This document shows, in pieces, positions 63,794 through 64,000 of a DNA stretch of 64,000 bases; the first letter of the stretch is position 1; every line of letters begins with the position of its first letter. The notes under the pieces are model-generated. The model was not told the DNA's origin, made no database searches, and worked only from the letters and a program-made list of their open reading frames with translations. Origin of the DNA: Fusobacteriaceae bacterium (GTDB lineage: Bacteria > Fusobacteriota > Fusobacteriia > Fusobacteriales > Fusobacteriaceae); NCBI GenBank assembly GCA_051648485.1, contig JBOFFH010000144.1, positions 2,042 to 66,041 of the forward strand, read 5' to 3'. The position numbers and the translations under genes are program-made.

Positions 63794-64000
63794 TTACCAA
63801 ACGTAGTTTGCAGCTTCTCCAAAACCTGAGCTAGTAGAGTAGTATTTTGCATCAACTATTTTGTCTTGATACTTTAAAACTAAACCTGTTGTAGCTTTTA
63901 TTGCTTCGTTACTAAGTTTATTTTCATCACTTCTATTATAAACTTGAGAATTAGAAGTGTCGTCTATATGATAACCATTTTTCTTATATCTGTAACGTTC
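63794..64000 (-). CDS. SpoIID/LytB-domain protein, 3' part (5' end outside window); ends abruptly after the conserved ...VW motif
   Basis: The minus-strand frame reads ...DTSNSQVYNRSDENKLSNEAIKATTGLVLKYQDKIVDAKYYSTSSGFGEAANYVW*, which resembles the core of the SpoIID/LytB domain. Confidence 0.6.
   Translation of the reverse strand, partial: ERYRYKKNGYHIDDTSNSQVYNRSDENKLSNEAIKATTGLVLKYQDKIVDAKYYSTSSGFGEAANYVW

Noticed and set aside
1-64000. CRISPR arrays, transposases/IS elements, integrases, rRNA operons and sigma-54 (-24/-12) promoters.
   Set aside because: None was found on reading both strands. All regularly spaced repeats seen are either the Pho boxes or coding repeats (TPR, Pro-rich, Gly-rich). 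No TGGCAC-N5-TTGC-like element was seen in any intergenic region.

Overview
Very AT-rich bacterial chromosomal window with about 66 protein genes and one tRNA, roughly 80% of them on the minus strand. Firmicute-like housekeeping genes (yybS-like/rplI/dnaB, plsY/gpsA, FabK) sit beside diderm envelope machinery (ExbB/ExbD/TonB, an Omp85-barrel patatin autotransporter of the FplA/PlpD kind, Lgt). That mix suggests Fusobacteriota (Fusobacterium/Cetobacterium-like); this is inference from gene content only. Most of the window is core genome: LemA/DUF2207/DUF368, a heterodimeric ABC exporter, a PAS-GGDEF-EAL protein, and a complete Pho module (HK/RR, phoU-pstBAC with a divergent pstS). It also holds lgt, tRNA-Arg(UCG), yhdT-panF, a flavodiiron protein, a tandem U32 pair, and replisome genes (dnaB, dnaX, dnaN) interleaved with a TPR/ExbBD/TonB/bEBP cluster and a sigma-70-family factor. 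Further along are gpsA/plsY, malic enzyme plus class I fumarase, EIIA(Glc), two NMO/FabK paralogs, glutaminase plus an NSS transporter, codBA, a decarboxylase-arginase fusion, slyD-rpiB-HIT and hsp20. No CRISPR array, transposase, integrase or rRNA was seen. The most interesting non-obvious signals are: (1) at the 3' end, a compact OLD-type ATPase-TOPRIM nuclease with its own consensus promoter, translationally coupled to an orphan NuoE-like [2Fe-2S] protein, next to an apparently truncated SpoIID-like gene; (2) a consensus promoter, Shine-Dalgarno-led 45-codon ORF and 20-bp terminator immediately upstream of codBA, with the ORF stop codon in the terminator loop, which looks like a ribosome-mediated attenuator; (3) a bEBP with Glu at all receiver acidic-pocket positions and a GAFKGA loop, embedded in a TPR-ExbBD-TonB operon; (4) a mirror-symmetric array of 11-bp-phased TTTACA Pho boxes between pstC and pstS; (5) a decarboxylase-arginase fusion. 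All functional calls come from motif recognition by eye; no searches were run.
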